Source of the DNA: Rhodothermales bacterium
GTDB lineage: Bacteria; Bacteroidota; Rhodothermia; Rhodothermales; UBA10348
DNA length: 44,816 nucleotides
NCBI GenBank assembly: GCA_013003255.1
Contig: JABDJZ010000468.1
Span: 1-44,816, forward strand
Reading direction: 5' to 3'
Shown: positions 24,701-33,797 of the stretch, one piece after another
How positions within the stretch are numbered: the stretch's first letter is position 1
Layout: each line of letters starts with the position of its first letter
The notes under the pieces: model-generated
The model's database searches: none
What the model saw: only the letters and a program-made list of their open reading frames with translations
What the model was told of the DNA's origin: nothing
Program-made: the position numbers and the translations under genes

Positions 24701-24723
24701 AGGTGGGCCGTTCAAGCCCACCT
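24701..24723 (-). terminator. Hairpin 7 nt downstream of the EF-G paralogue stop (weak terminator candidate)
   Basis: A perfect 8-bp stem AGGTGGGC/GCCCACCT encloses a 7-nt loop. On the minus strand the T tract (TTCTTTTT) is not adjacent; it starts ~15 nt further on. The call is therefore tentative. Confidence 0.35.
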
Positions 24724-24730
24724 TGCAGAT

Positions 24731-26854
24731 CTACGCTTCGGCCAGCGCCTCGGCTTCGGCAACCACTGCCTCCTGAACGTGGCGAGGCATGGGCTCGTAG
24801 GCCATGAACGAATTCTTGTGCATCCCGCGGCCCTGCGTCATGGACCGCAGCGAGGTGCTGTACCGATAGAGTTCGGCCTCCGGAGCGGTGGCGATGATCT
24901 TCTGGAATGGACCTTCCGCCTCCATGCCCTGGATCCGGGCCCGGCGCGTATTCATGTCTCCCATGACGTCGCCGGTGTAGGAGTCCGGTACCAGGACTTC
25001 CACCTCGTGGATGGGCTCCAGGATAACAGCCTTCGCCTCCCGGAACGCGTCCCGGAAACACATCCGCGCCGCTGTCTTGAAGGCGGCTTCGTTGGAGTCG
25101 ACCGAATGCATGCCCCCGTCGAAGATCACGATGCGGATGTCCCCGACGGGATACCCGGCAACAGGCCCATTCTGTAGCGCCTCCGCGACACCCTTCTGGA
25201 TGGCACCGAAGAACCGGCGCATGTCGATGACGCCACCGACAATCGCATCGATGAACTGAATGCGGGAGCCCCAATCCGTGGTGTGCTCATCTACCGCGCG
25301 CACCTTGATGTCATCCGGTGGCTGGAAGTCGCCGTGGAGTGGCTCGACCAGCAGGGAAATGTCCGCGAACTGGCCTGCTCCCCCGGTCTGCTTCTTGTGC
25401 CGGTACTTGGAGCGGGCTCGCCTGGTTACGGTCTCCCGATACGCCACCTTGGGGCGTGCATACTCGATATCGACGCCAAACCGGTGCTTCAGCCGGAACT
25501 GAGCAATCTGCAGGTGCATCTCGCCCTGCCCGCCGAGCGTGAGCTGCGACAGGTGCTGGTCATGCGTGATGGTCAGCGACGGATCTTCCTCGTGCAACTG
25601 GTGCAGACCCTGGGCGAGCTTGTCCTCCTCCCCTTCCCGGGTGGCCGTGACCGCCGCCGTATAGCGCGGCTCAGGGAATACGATGGGCTGTATGACGGCG
25701 TTCGATCCCTTCCGGTGCAGCGTGTCGTTGGTATGGGTGTTCTTCAGCTTGACCAACGCTCCGATGTCCCCGGCCACCATGCTCTGGACGCTGTCCCGCT
25801 CATGACCGTTGATCGAATAGATCTGGCCCAGTCTCTCGGTAGCGCCTGAGCCCGCATTGACAAGGTCCATTCCGGGCTCAAGCGTCCCGGAGTACACGCG
25901 GAAGAACGAGTAGTCACCGACGTGCGCCTCGGCCATGGTGCGGAAAACCAGCGCCGCGGGCTCGCCCTCATGGGTGGCGGGCAGTTCCCCGCCGCCAACC
26001 AGCTGTGCCGGCGGCATCTCCGGCGGACTCGGGCAGACGTTGTCGATAAACGACATCAGCCGGCTGACCCCGATGTTCTCGGTCGCGCTGGTCACAAAGA
26101 TGGGGAACAGCTGCCGCTTCAGCATCGCCACATGCAGCCCCTGCCTCATCTCGTCTTCGCTCAATGTGCCCTGCTCGAAATAGAGCTCCATCAGGCCTTC
26201 GTCATTCTCAGCGATGCTCTCGACCAGGTCATTGTGGAGCTGGTTGGCTTCTTCCGAGAAATCATCGGCGATGTCCGCTTCGGTCATCTTGCCAGTCCCC
26301 TGCTCGAACGAGAGACGCTTCATGCGAAGCACGTCGACGATGCTGCGGCTTCCGCCGCCACCGGGGACCTGCACAACGGTCGCCACGCGGCCGAATCGCT
26401 CCTGGATCTGGTCGATGACGCCCCGGAAGTCCGTGTCCGCCTTGTCGAGGTGGTTGATGACGAACATGGCCGGTTTGCCGAGCTCGGTAGCCGTCCGCCA
26501 CGCCAGCTCCGTACCGACCTGGACACCTTCTGCGGCGTTGATCACGAAGATGGCGCAATCGGCCACCGTGAGTCCCGCGACCACCTCACCGACGAAGTCG
26601 GGGTATCCGGGCGTGTCGATGATGTTGACTTTGTATCCCTTCCACTCGGCATGGAGCACGGAGGCAAAGACCGACATTTGCCGCTCCTTCTCGGAGGCGT
26701 GGTAGTCGGAGACCGTAGTACCGTCCTCAATGGATCCCATTCTCGGCAGCGCGCCGCTGGTCCGCAGCATCGCCTCGGCCAACATGGTCTTTCCCGAGCC
26801 CTGGTGTCCGACCAGCGCTACGTTTCGAATGTGTCCTGCATCATAGACCTGCAT
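24731..26854 (-). CDS. Elongation factor G paralogue (EF-G2 / EFG-II type)
   Basis: ORF 24731..26950; the ATG at 26854 gives MQVYDAGHIRNVALVGHQGSGKT. It has the five-domain EF-G layout and length (~707 aa). The G motifs deviate from canonical fusA: G3 reads DTPGYPDF (not DTPGH) and G4 reads NHLD (not NKxD). It is not in a str-operon context. Confidence 0.9.
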   Translation of the reverse strand: MQVYDAGHIRNVALVGHQGSGKTMLAEAMLRTSGALPRMGSIEDGTTVSDYHASEKERQMSVFASVLHAEWKGYKVNIIDTPGYPDFVGEVVAGLTVADCAIFVINAAEGVQVGTELAWRTATELGKPAMFVINHLDKADTDFRGVIDQIQERFGRVATVVQVPGGGGSRSIVDVLRMKRLSFEQGTGKMTEADIADDFSEEANQLHNDLVESIAENDEGLMELYFEQGTLSEDEMRQGLHVAMLKRQLFPIFVTSATENIGVSRLMSFIDNVCPSPPEMPPAQLVGGGELPATHEGEPAALVFRTMAEAHVGDYSFFRVYSGTLEPGMDLVNAGSGATERLGQIYSINGHERDSVQSMVAGDIGALVKLKNTHTNDTLHRKGSNAVIQPIVFPEPRYTAAVTATREGEEDKLAQGLHQLHEEDPSLTITHDQHLSQLTLGGQGEMHLQIAQFRLKHRFGVDIEYARPKVAYRETVTRRARSKYRHKKQTGGAGQFADISLLVEPLHGDFQPPDDIKVRAVDEHTTDWGSRIQFIDAIVGGVIDMRRFFGAIQKGVAEALQNGPVAGYPVGDIRIVIFDGGMHSVDSNEAAFKTAARMCFRDAFREAKAVILEPIHEVEVLVPDSYTGDVMGDMNTRRARIQGMEAEGPFQKIIATAPEAELYRYSTSLRSMTQGRGMHKNSFMAYEPMPRHVQEAVVAEAEALAEA

Positions 26855-27000
26855 AAACCTGCCCCGGGGATTCGCCCTGTATGAATGGTGGAAAGGGGCG
26901 AAAAGATAAACCTGCCCCCTACCCGTGTCCACTCCCGGAGCGGTCCACACGGACTATTCAGACGGAACAATCGCCCAACGGGGTCGATTCGCAACCGGCT

Positions 27001-27705
27001 TTGAAACCCACCATCCTCGGCATAGAAACAGCGACGGACGTTTGCTCGGCCGCCGTCATCCTGGGTGACCGGGTGTGGACGCGTTCCCTTGAAGGTGGGC
27101 GGCGGCACGACGCCGAGCTTCTGGGGATGATCGACGAGGTCCTGCGGCAATCCCGCCAACCCAGAAGCGGCCTGGCCGGCGTAGCCGTTTCTTCCGGGCC
27201 GGGCTCCTACACGGGGCTCCGGATCGGCGTCAGTGTTGCCAAGGCCATCGCTGAGGCCCTTTCGATCCCGCTGATTTCGGTTCCCTCGCTTGGGGCGGCC
27301 GCCCTGGCAGGCGCGGAGGCATCCCCGGAAGACCGGATCCAGCCTGCACTCCTGAGCGCTTTCCCCTCCCGGCGTGGTGAGGTGTTCGCCGCCGCCTATC
27401 GCGTCGGGGCCACGGACGCCGAACAGGTCGGAGACACGCTGGCGGGCCTTCCGGACTTCGTACTGGGAGCGCTGGCCGAGGCCTCCATCGTCCCGGAGCG
27501 GGTGGTAGGTCCCGCCGCAGCCCGGTTCGACGGGTTGCTCCCCGTGACCGCATCCGCGTGCTCCGCGGAGGCCGTGGCCCGAATCGGGCAGGTCAGGCTT
27601 GAGGCCGGCGACTCCGTGGATGCCGAACTCTTCGAGCCGTATTATCTAAAGGAATTCGTAGCCGGCGTCCCCACCCAGTCTCGCTTCGCCCGGCTGCCCT
27701 TCTAA
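27001..27705 (+). CDS. tsaB: tRNA t6A37 biosynthesis protein TsaB (YeaZ)
   Basis: ORF 26881..27705. Motifs are ILGIETATDVCSAAVI and SGPGSYTGLRIGVSVAKAIAEAL. The in-frame TTG at 27001 (codon checked in the sequence) gives the usual ~234-aa protein starting (M)KPTILGIE. The upstream 40 codons look non-coding. Confidence 0.85.
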   Translation: MKPTILGIETATDVCSAAVILGDRVWTRSLEGGRRHDAELLGMIDEVLRQSRQPRSGLAGVAVSSGPGSYTGLRIGVSVAKAIAEALSIPLISVPSLGAAALAGAEASPEDRIQPALLSAFPSRRGEVFAAAYRVGATDAEQVGDTLAGLPDFVLGALAEASIVPERVVGPAAARFDGLLPVTASACSAEAVARIGQVRLEAGDSVDAELFEPYYLKEFVAGVPTQSRFARLPF

Positions 27706-27720
27706 CACCCCAGAGGAATC

Positions 27721-28578
27721 ATGGCCTGGTTTCGTCGTACCAAGGCCGGTATCAATACCGAGCTCAATGACCAGATCGATGTCCCCAAGGGGCATTGGAT
27801 CAAGTGCAAGGAATGTGCTTCAACCGTCAATCGGCGGGAGTTGCAGCGCAATCTCCTGGTGTGCTCCGAGTGCGGGTATCACTTCCCGATGAGCGGGATG
27901 GAGTACTACAGATTGCTGTTCGATGACGCCGAGTTCGAGGTGTTCGACACCAATCTTGTCAGCCAGGACCCGCTGGAATTCACTGACCGGAAACCCTACC
28001 CGAAGCGGCTCGCGGAAGCGCACCGCAAGACGGGTCTGACGGACGCGGCAACCGGTGCGATGGGTAAAATCGGGGGTCATCCGACCTCCATCACGGCGAT
28101 GGACTTCAAGTTCATCGGAGGGTCGATGGGCTCGGTAGTGGGCGAGGTCATCTCTCGCGCCATCAAGCGGGCCTACACCCAGGAAACCCCGCTGGTCATC
28201 ATCACCCAGAGCGGCGGCGCCCGAATGATGGAAGGGGCGCTGAGCCTGATGCAGTTGGCCAAGACCAGTGCGCACCTCACGCGGCTTCACGACAAGGGGC
28301 TCCCCCTGATCGTCGTGCTCGCCAACCCAACCACGGGAGGCGTGACCGCATCGTACGCGATGCTGGGAGACATTCACCTGGCCGAGCCGGGTGCCCTGAT
28401 CGGATTCGCGGGACCGCGCGTGATTCGTGAAACCATGGGACAGGATCTCCCCGAGGGGTTTCAGCGCTCGGAGTTCCTGAAGGAGAAGGGCTTCGTGGAT
28501 CAGATTGTCTCGCGCGCCGAGATGAAGAGCCGGATCAGCCAGTTGCTTGATCTCCTCCTGGAGCCTGCCGCGGGCTAG
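27721..28578 (+). CDS. accD: Acetyl-CoA carboxylase carboxyltransferase subunit beta
   Basis: An N-terminal Zn ribbon is present (WIKCKECASTVNRRELQRNLLVCSECGYH). Carboxyltransferase motifs are FKFIGGSMGSVVGE and SGGARMMEGALSLMQ. Confidence 0.95.
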   Translation: MAWFRRTKAGINTELNDQIDVPKGHWIKCKECASTVNRRELQRNLLVCSECGYHFPMSGMEYYRLLFDDAEFEVFDTNLVSQDPLEFTDRKPYPKRLAEAHRKTGLTDAATGAMGKIGGHPTSITAMDFKFIGGSMGSVVGEVISRAIKRAYTQETPLVIITQSGGARMMEGALSLMQLAKTSAHLTRLHDKGLPLIVVLANPTTGGVTASYAMLGDIHLAEPGALIGFAGPRVIRETMGQDLPEGFQRSEFLKEKGFVDQIVSRAEMKSRISQLLDLLLEPAAG

Positions 28579-28979
28579 ACAGCCGTCCCGGCATAGACGT
28601 TTTCGTAGCCCCCCTGCCACAGGTGTGTCCAATCGACACGCCGGGGGGCGGCCGAAAACCCGGGATCTTAAGCCGAAAGACCGAAGCTTCACGGTATCTT
28701 CACGTGATCAATTTAAGTTCTTAAGGCGGTCAGCCGATAGCGGAAGAGCACCGCGTACGTCCCGATGGTAAAAGCCGGTTTTTGGCCCCAAAAAGGCCTG
28801 AATCGACCGCACCATTCCGGACTTCGCACTGTTCTTTACAACACGCTGCAGGTCCCCTGCAGTCCCGGATAAGGGCCCTCGCGGCCACCGGGATTCTTCC
28901 GCACTCTTTTCCGAGTCGCATCATCTCCTGTCCCTTGGCTGATCAATTGCCGGGCTCAGGGCGCGACTCCACCGCAATC

Positions 28980-30428
28980 ATGAGATCGACTTCCCTCGGT
29001 TCGATTCTACTGCTCGCGGCCGTGTTTCTGACACCGGCCGTGCACGCCTCGCCGTCCCCCGGCGCGCCAGACGCGCTGAGCGGGACCGTGCGCATCAAGC
29101 TCCTGGAGACCATCTCTCCCCGGGAGGCTTCGATGACGGCCGGACGCTATGGACTTGCTGTATATCAGGACAATCGAAGCAGGCCTTCTTTCCAGATCGG
29201 ACCCGGCCAGCGTTTCGAGATCTCTCGGACAGGATCCAGCGTCCGACTGCGCGCTCAGGGCGGCGATCTCCGGGCGGACCATGTACGGCTCGAGCCGCTG
29301 GGTCCCGGCGAGACCACCGTGGAAGTAGGCAAGGTGCGCCGGACGTATTCGGGCAGCCTGTGGCTCACGGCCCCTTCAAACGAATCCAGCCTGGAGATCG
29401 TCAACCACGTCCCGCTTGAGGACTACGTGGCAGCCGTAGTCTCCAGTGAATACGGTCTCAATGACCTCGAGGGCTCCAAGGCGATGGCGGTCGTGGCCCG
29501 CACGTACGGCCTTCGGTCACTTGTAGGCTCGACCGCGCGTTATGACCACGTGGATCACACCGGCTCCCAGGTCTACAAGGGGGCGGCAACCGTCACTCCT
29601 TTGGCGCGGCGCGCCGCGATGGCCACTGCCGGCGAAGTGCTTACCCACAGCGGCAGACTGATCGAGGCTGTGTACTCTTCATCTTCGGGCGGCCATACGG
29701 CGAACAATGAAGACGTCTGGCAATCGAACCCCCACCCGTATCTGCGCGGCAAGCAGGACCCCTGGGACCGCGTTTCTCCCAATCACCGGTGGACGGTTGA
29801 GATTCCCGTGGACCGGCTACACGGTGCGCTGAAAGATGCGCTCGGCGTCGATCTCAAGAGCATTGAGATCGCTGAGAAGAACCGGGACGGGCGGGCGGTT
29901 TCCATCGGTCTCAACCGCAGGACCGGCCGCAGCCGGAGCATCCGTGCCGATGAATTCCGGCGCATCCTGCGCGAATCCCTCGGACAGACCAGCCTGAAAT
30001 CAACGCGATTCGATCTCAAACAGCGTCGTGGCAACTATGTCTTCGAAGGCGGTGGCTTTGGCCACGGCGTCGGCATGAGCCAGTACGGCGCCCACGGCAT
30101 GGCCGAGGCCGGGAAGTCCTACCGGGACATCATTCACTTTTACTATACAGGAGTCGCGCTCGAGCGCCGGCAGATTGAGGGGTCCGCCCCGCCCGCCGCG
30201 GGACTCCTGGCTTTTCAGGAGACGGCTCCAACTCCACGCGTTCGGGCAGCGGTGCCCGACCGTCTGGCGGGCCGTTATATGCCGGGTCAGCCGCAGCGGC
30301 CACAGCCAACCGTCGAGTTGAGCGAGGCCGTGGTAAACGAGGATCATATCACCAAGCCTGATCGGCGCTCCAAGCGGAAGAGCGACTCCAAGCGGAAGGA
30401 CGGCCCGGAGCGGCGGCGCGGCTGGTAG
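28980..30428 (+). CDS. SpoIID/LytB domain protein (peptidoglycan remodelling), secreted
   Basis: ORF 28782..30428. The ATG at 28980 gives the signal peptide MRSTSLGSILLLAAVFLTPAVHA. SpoIID blocks are LEDYVAAVVSSEYG...SKAMAVVARTY, AVYSSSSGGHTANNEDVW and GGGFGHGVGMSQYGAHGMA. The C-terminal tail is very basic (RRSKRKSDSKRKDGPERRRGW). Confidence 0.85.
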   Translation: MRSTSLGSILLLAAVFLTPAVHASPSPGAPDALSGTVRIKLLETISPREASMTAGRYGLAVYQDNRSRPSFQIGPGQRFEISRTGSSVRLRAQGGDLRADHVRLEPLGPGETTVEVGKVRRTYSGSLWLTAPSNESSLEIVNHVPLEDYVAAVVSSEYGLNDLEGSKAMAVVARTYGLRSLVGSTARYDHVDHTGSQVYKGAATVTPLARRAAMATAGEVLTHSGRLIEAVYSSSSGGHTANNEDVWQSNPHPYLRGKQDPWDRVSPNHRWTVEIPVDRLHGALKDALGVDLKSIEIAEKNRDGRAVSIGLNRRTGRSRSIRADEFRRILRESLGQTSLKSTRFDLKQRRGNYVFEGGGFGHGVGMSQYGAHGMAEAGKSYRDIIHFYYTGVALERRQIEGSAPPAAGLLAFQETAPTPRVRAAVPDRLAGRYMPGQPQRPQPTVELSEAVVNEDHITKPDRRSKRKSDSKRKDGPERRRGW

Positions 30429-30486
30429 GGACGTTGGTCCTCCACGCTCCGAGCGCGATATTCCGGACCCTACATCCAGGTCCGCC

Positions 30487-32508
30487 GTGCCGAAACACTC
30501 CTGTCGCTTCCTGTTCACTGCCATCGCGTTTCTGGTCCTGCTGACCCCAGCGCGGGCATGGTCCCAGGACACGCTTTCCGTTGAACTCCCACCCGTCCGT
30601 GTCGAGGCCGCGCGAGGCGCCTTCGACAACACTGGTGCCCCCGCCGCGGTCTCTGTCAGTATCCGCGAGCCGGAACGTCGCCAGGCCGAGCCTGCACTGT
30701 CCCTGGAGAGCGTACTCTCTGAGATGCCCGGGCTCTGGATGGCAGACCGCAGCCACCTGGCCATCGGCGAGCGCCTGGTGGTGCGTGGGGTGGGAAGTCG
30801 AGCCGCTTTTGGCGTCCGAAGCGTCGCCGTGCTGCTGGACGGGATTCTCCTCACAATGCCGGACGGGCAAGCGGTCCTCGACCCGATTGAACCGGCCGTG
30901 CTGGCACGGGCAGAACTGATTCGGGGGCCATCCAGCCGATTCTGGGGCAATGCAGCCGGAGGCGTGCTGGCCATTGAATCCGGTTCCATCCCCGCGGCCG
31001 GTCGTCGAACCACCGCGCGTGCGCTGGGCGGGTCCGACGGCACACTGCACTTCCTGGCCGAGACGGCCGGGCGGACCGGCCGCACAGGAACCTCAGCCTT
31101 CGCGTCCGTCCTGGATCGTACCGGGTTTCGGGAGCACGCCGACGGAAGGATGACTCGCGGAGGATTTCGGGTGGTCCACAGCCTGACCTCGGGGGCCGTC
31201 GTAACAGGCTCCATCAACGCCTCCGACCTGGACACACGGTCACCCGGCTCGCTGACGCTGGAGCAATGGGAAGCGGATCCTTCGGCGGCCGATGCCCGCT
31301 ACGTGAACACCCAGTCCGGGAAGCGCGCCTGGCAGGTCCAGGCCACGTCAGCCGTCACCGTTCCCCTGGCGGGTGGCGTCGGCTCAGGAAGCCTCTTCGG
31401 CCTGCGGCGATCTCTGGACAACCCCCTGCCCTTTGCCTGGATCGGTGTCGAGCGAACGGCCGGCGGGGCCCGGGCCGCCTGGCGCAAGGAGCATGACGCC
31501 TGGTCTATCGCCCTCGGCGGAGACTGGCGACTGCAGTCCGATGACCGCATCAATGGGGACAACGTCGAGGGTGCCCGGGGAGGCACCACTGATGTAGACC
31601 AGACCGAAGACGTATCCGGCCTGGGAGGATCCATCTACGCCGATTACCGGGTAAGCGGATCGCTGAAAATCAGTGCCGGGCTGCGAGCCGACCTGCTCTC
31701 GGTATCGCTGGAAGACCGCATTACGGGGGATGGCGATGATTCGGGTTCGTCCTCATTCTCAGCCTTGAGCCCGTCTGTGGGCATCACCCTGACCAGCGGC
31801 CCGACGGTCTTGTTTGCCTCCTTCTCCACAGCGTTCGAGATCCCCACCACGACCGAGCTGGTGAACAGCCCGGACGGCTCAGCCGGCTTCAACGACAATC
31901 TGTCGCCGCAGCGTCTCACGGGTGTGGAACTGGGCCTTCGACACGCCTGGGAGATTGCCTCGATTGATATCGCGGCCTACGAGCAGCGGCTGACCAATTT
32001 CCTCACGCCCTATCAACTGGAAGCATTCCCGGGACGCACATTCTATCGAAACGTCGGACGCGTGAACTACATCGGTTTCGAGACCCGGGTCCAGGTAGCG
32101 CCCGTGGCGGGCTTTGCCATGGACGGGTCGATCTCCGTGCACAGGTACCGGTTTGGAAGCGGCACGCTGAGTGGGAATCAGGTCCCCGGTCTGCCCAGTG
32201 TGTTCGGCTCGGTACGACTCGCCCGCGCACTGGGACCGGTCGCAGCCTCGACGCGCCTCCGGTTTGCGGGGGCGCAGGCCGCCGATGACGGCAATGACGT
32301 GGAGATCGACGGCTTCTACCTGCTGGACCTCCGCCTGGCCCATCGTCGACAGTTGAACGCTGCCGTGACGGCCGCCCCATTCCTTGAGGTGACCAACGTC
32401 CTCGACGGCAACCACGTGATTTCGATCATCCCCAACGCCCGCGGCGGCCGGTACTACGAGGGACTTCCCGGCCGCGGCATTCAGCTTGGAATGGCCCTGT
32501 CCTTCTAG
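30487..32508 (+). CDS. TonB-dependent receptor (small, ~670 aa class)
   Basis: A GTG start gives the signal peptide MPKHSCRFLFTAIAFLVLLTPARAWSQ. The plug domain shows LESVLSEMPGLW, VVRGVGS, VLLDGI and IRGPSSRFWGNAAGGVL. Barrel repeats follow, with a terminal aromatic residue (GIQLGMALSF). No SusD-like partner is present. Confidence 0.85.
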   Translation: MPKHSCRFLFTAIAFLVLLTPARAWSQDTLSVELPPVRVEAARGAFDNTGAPAAVSVSIREPERRQAEPALSLESVLSEMPGLWMADRSHLAIGERLVVRGVGSRAAFGVRSVAVLLDGILLTMPDGQAVLDPIEPAVLARAELIRGPSSRFWGNAAGGVLAIESGSIPAAGRRTTARALGGSDGTLHFLAETAGRTGRTGTSAFASVLDRTGFREHADGRMTRGGFRVVHSLTSGAVVTGSINASDLDTRSPGSLTLEQWEADPSAADARYVNTQSGKRAWQVQATSAVTVPLAGGVGSGSLFGLRRSLDNPLPFAWIGVERTAGGARAAWRKEHDAWSIALGGDWRLQSDDRINGDNVEGARGGTTDVDQTEDVSGLGGSIYADYRVSGSLKISAGLRADLLSVSLEDRITGDGDDSGSSSFSALSPSVGITLTSGPTVLFASFSTAFEIPTTTELVNSPDGSAGFNDNLSPQRLTGVELGLRHAWEIASIDIAAYEQRLTNFLTPYQLEAFPGRTFYRNVGRVNYIGFETRVQVAPVAGFAMDGSISVHRYRFGSGTLSGNQVPGLPSVFGSVRLARALGPVAASTRLRFAGAQAADDGNDVEIDGFYLLDLRLAHRRQLNAAVTAAPFLEVTNVLDGNHVISIIPNARGGRYYEGLPGRGIQLGMALSF

Positions 32509-33797
32509 CTCTCGGTCTTCTTGCCGAACTCGGGATCGAGGGGCACCAGACCACTGACGATGAATCCCGGGATGGTGGCGATCAGGATCCAGATGAAGAA
32601 CCACTGGTAGCCGATCATCTCCTGAATCCACCCGGAGGCCATACCAGGGAGCATCATTCCCAGCGCCATGAATCCGGTGCAGATGGCAAAGTGCGACGTC
32701 TTGTTCGGCCCGTCCGCGACATAGATCATGTACAGCATGTAGGCGGTGAAGCCGAATCCGTAGCCGAACTGCTCGACCGCGACGGCCACGTTCACGGCAA
32801 TGAAGCTCTCCGGCATCGTCCACGCGAGGACGATATAGACCGCGTTCGGCAGGTTGATGGCCGCCACCATCCACCAGAGCCACGCTTTGAGGCCTGACCG
32901 TGCGGCCGCCAGTCCGCCCAGGATGCCCCCGGCCGTCAGCGCCAGGAGTCCGACCGTGCCGTAGACAAACCCTACCTCCGTGGTCGAAAGTCCCAGGCCG
33001 CCCACGGCCCTTTCGTCCAGCAGGAACGGACTCGCCATCTTGACCAGCTGGGCCTCGGCGAACCGGTACAGCAGCAGAAACGTCAGGACCAGTCCGATGC
33101 CCGGTTTCCGAAAGAAGCTCCGGAACGTCTCCAGGAACCCCTGAAGCACAGAATTCAGCGAGTGGTACGGGGCGGGAACGTCCTCGACGGGACGTGGCAA
33201 TGCCAGAAAGTGCCAGGCCGCGAACCCCACAAAACTGCCGGCCAGGATGTAGAAGATGATGGACCAGGCCGCGGGCACGCTCCCGGTACTCTCCTCCAGA
33301 TATCCGGCCAGCATGACCAGGAGTCCCTGCCCTGCCAGCATCGCCAAGCGGTAGAAGGTCGAACGGATGCCCACGAACCAGGCCTGATCGTGCGTACTCA
33401 ATCCGAGCATGTAGAAGCCGTCCGCGGCAATGTCGTGGGTCGCCGAGCTGAAGGCCAACAGCCAGAGGAAGGCCAGCGTGTACTGGAAGAAGCCGCTGGT
33501 CGGCACCGTGAGGGCGACGCCGGCCAGGCCCGCCCCGATGAGAAGCTGCATCCCCACCACCCAGGCCCGCTTGGTCTTGACCAGGTCGACGAATGGGCTC
33601 CACAGCGGCTTGATGACCCAGGGCAGGTATAGCCAGCTGGTATACAGCGCGATCTCCGTGTTGGAAATCTCCAGACGCTTGTACATGATCACCGAGACCG
33701 TCATCACCACGACGTAGGGCAGCCCCTCGGCCAGGTACAGGGAGGGAATCCAGGACCAGGCTCCGGAGCGGCGGGCGGCATCAGGGGACGAGTTCAT
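32505..33797 (-). CDS. ampG: AmpG-family muropeptide MFS transporter
   Basis: WSWIPSLYLAEGLPYVVVMTVSVIMYKRL..., LYTSWLYLPWVIKPLWSPFVD and the 12+ TM layout fit AmpG. The ATG overlaps the upstream stop (ATGA, 4 nt). The stop overlaps the convergent receptor stop (CTAG at 32505-32508). Confidence 0.88.
   Translation of the reverse strand: MNSSPDAARRSGAWSWIPSLYLAEGLPYVVVMTVSVIMYKRLEISNTEIALYTSWLYLPWVIKPLWSPFVDLVKTKRAWVVGMQLLIGAGLAGVALTVPTSGFFQYTLAFLWLLAFSSATHDIAADGFYMLGLSTHDQAWFVGIRSTFYRLAMLAGQGLLVMLAGYLEESTGSVPAAWSIIFYILAGSFVGFAAWHFLALPRPVEDVPAPYHSLNSVLQGFLETFRSFFRKPGIGLVLTFLLLYRFAEAQLVKMASPFLLDERAVGGLGLSTTEVGFVYGTVGLLALTAGGILGGLAAARSGLKAWLWWMVAAINLPNAVYIVLAWTMPESFIAVNVAVAVEQFGYGFGFTAYMLYMIYVADGPNKTSHFAICTGFMALGMMLPGMASGWIQEMIGYQWFFIWILIATIPGFIVSGLVPLDPEFGKKTES

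Noticed and set aside
25922-28692. Plus ORF 25922..26884 (antisense to the EF-G paralogue) and minus ORF 27820..28692 (antisense to accD)
   Set aside because: Both oppose genes with strong family signatures, and neither has independent support.
30000-33603. Minus ORFs 30000..31235 (411 aa) and 31879..33603 (574 aa)
   Set aside because: The first is antisense to the SpoIID end and the receptor plug. The second is an alternative frame over AmpG and the receptor end. Their products are Pro/Arg/Gly-rich with no membrane or domain logic.
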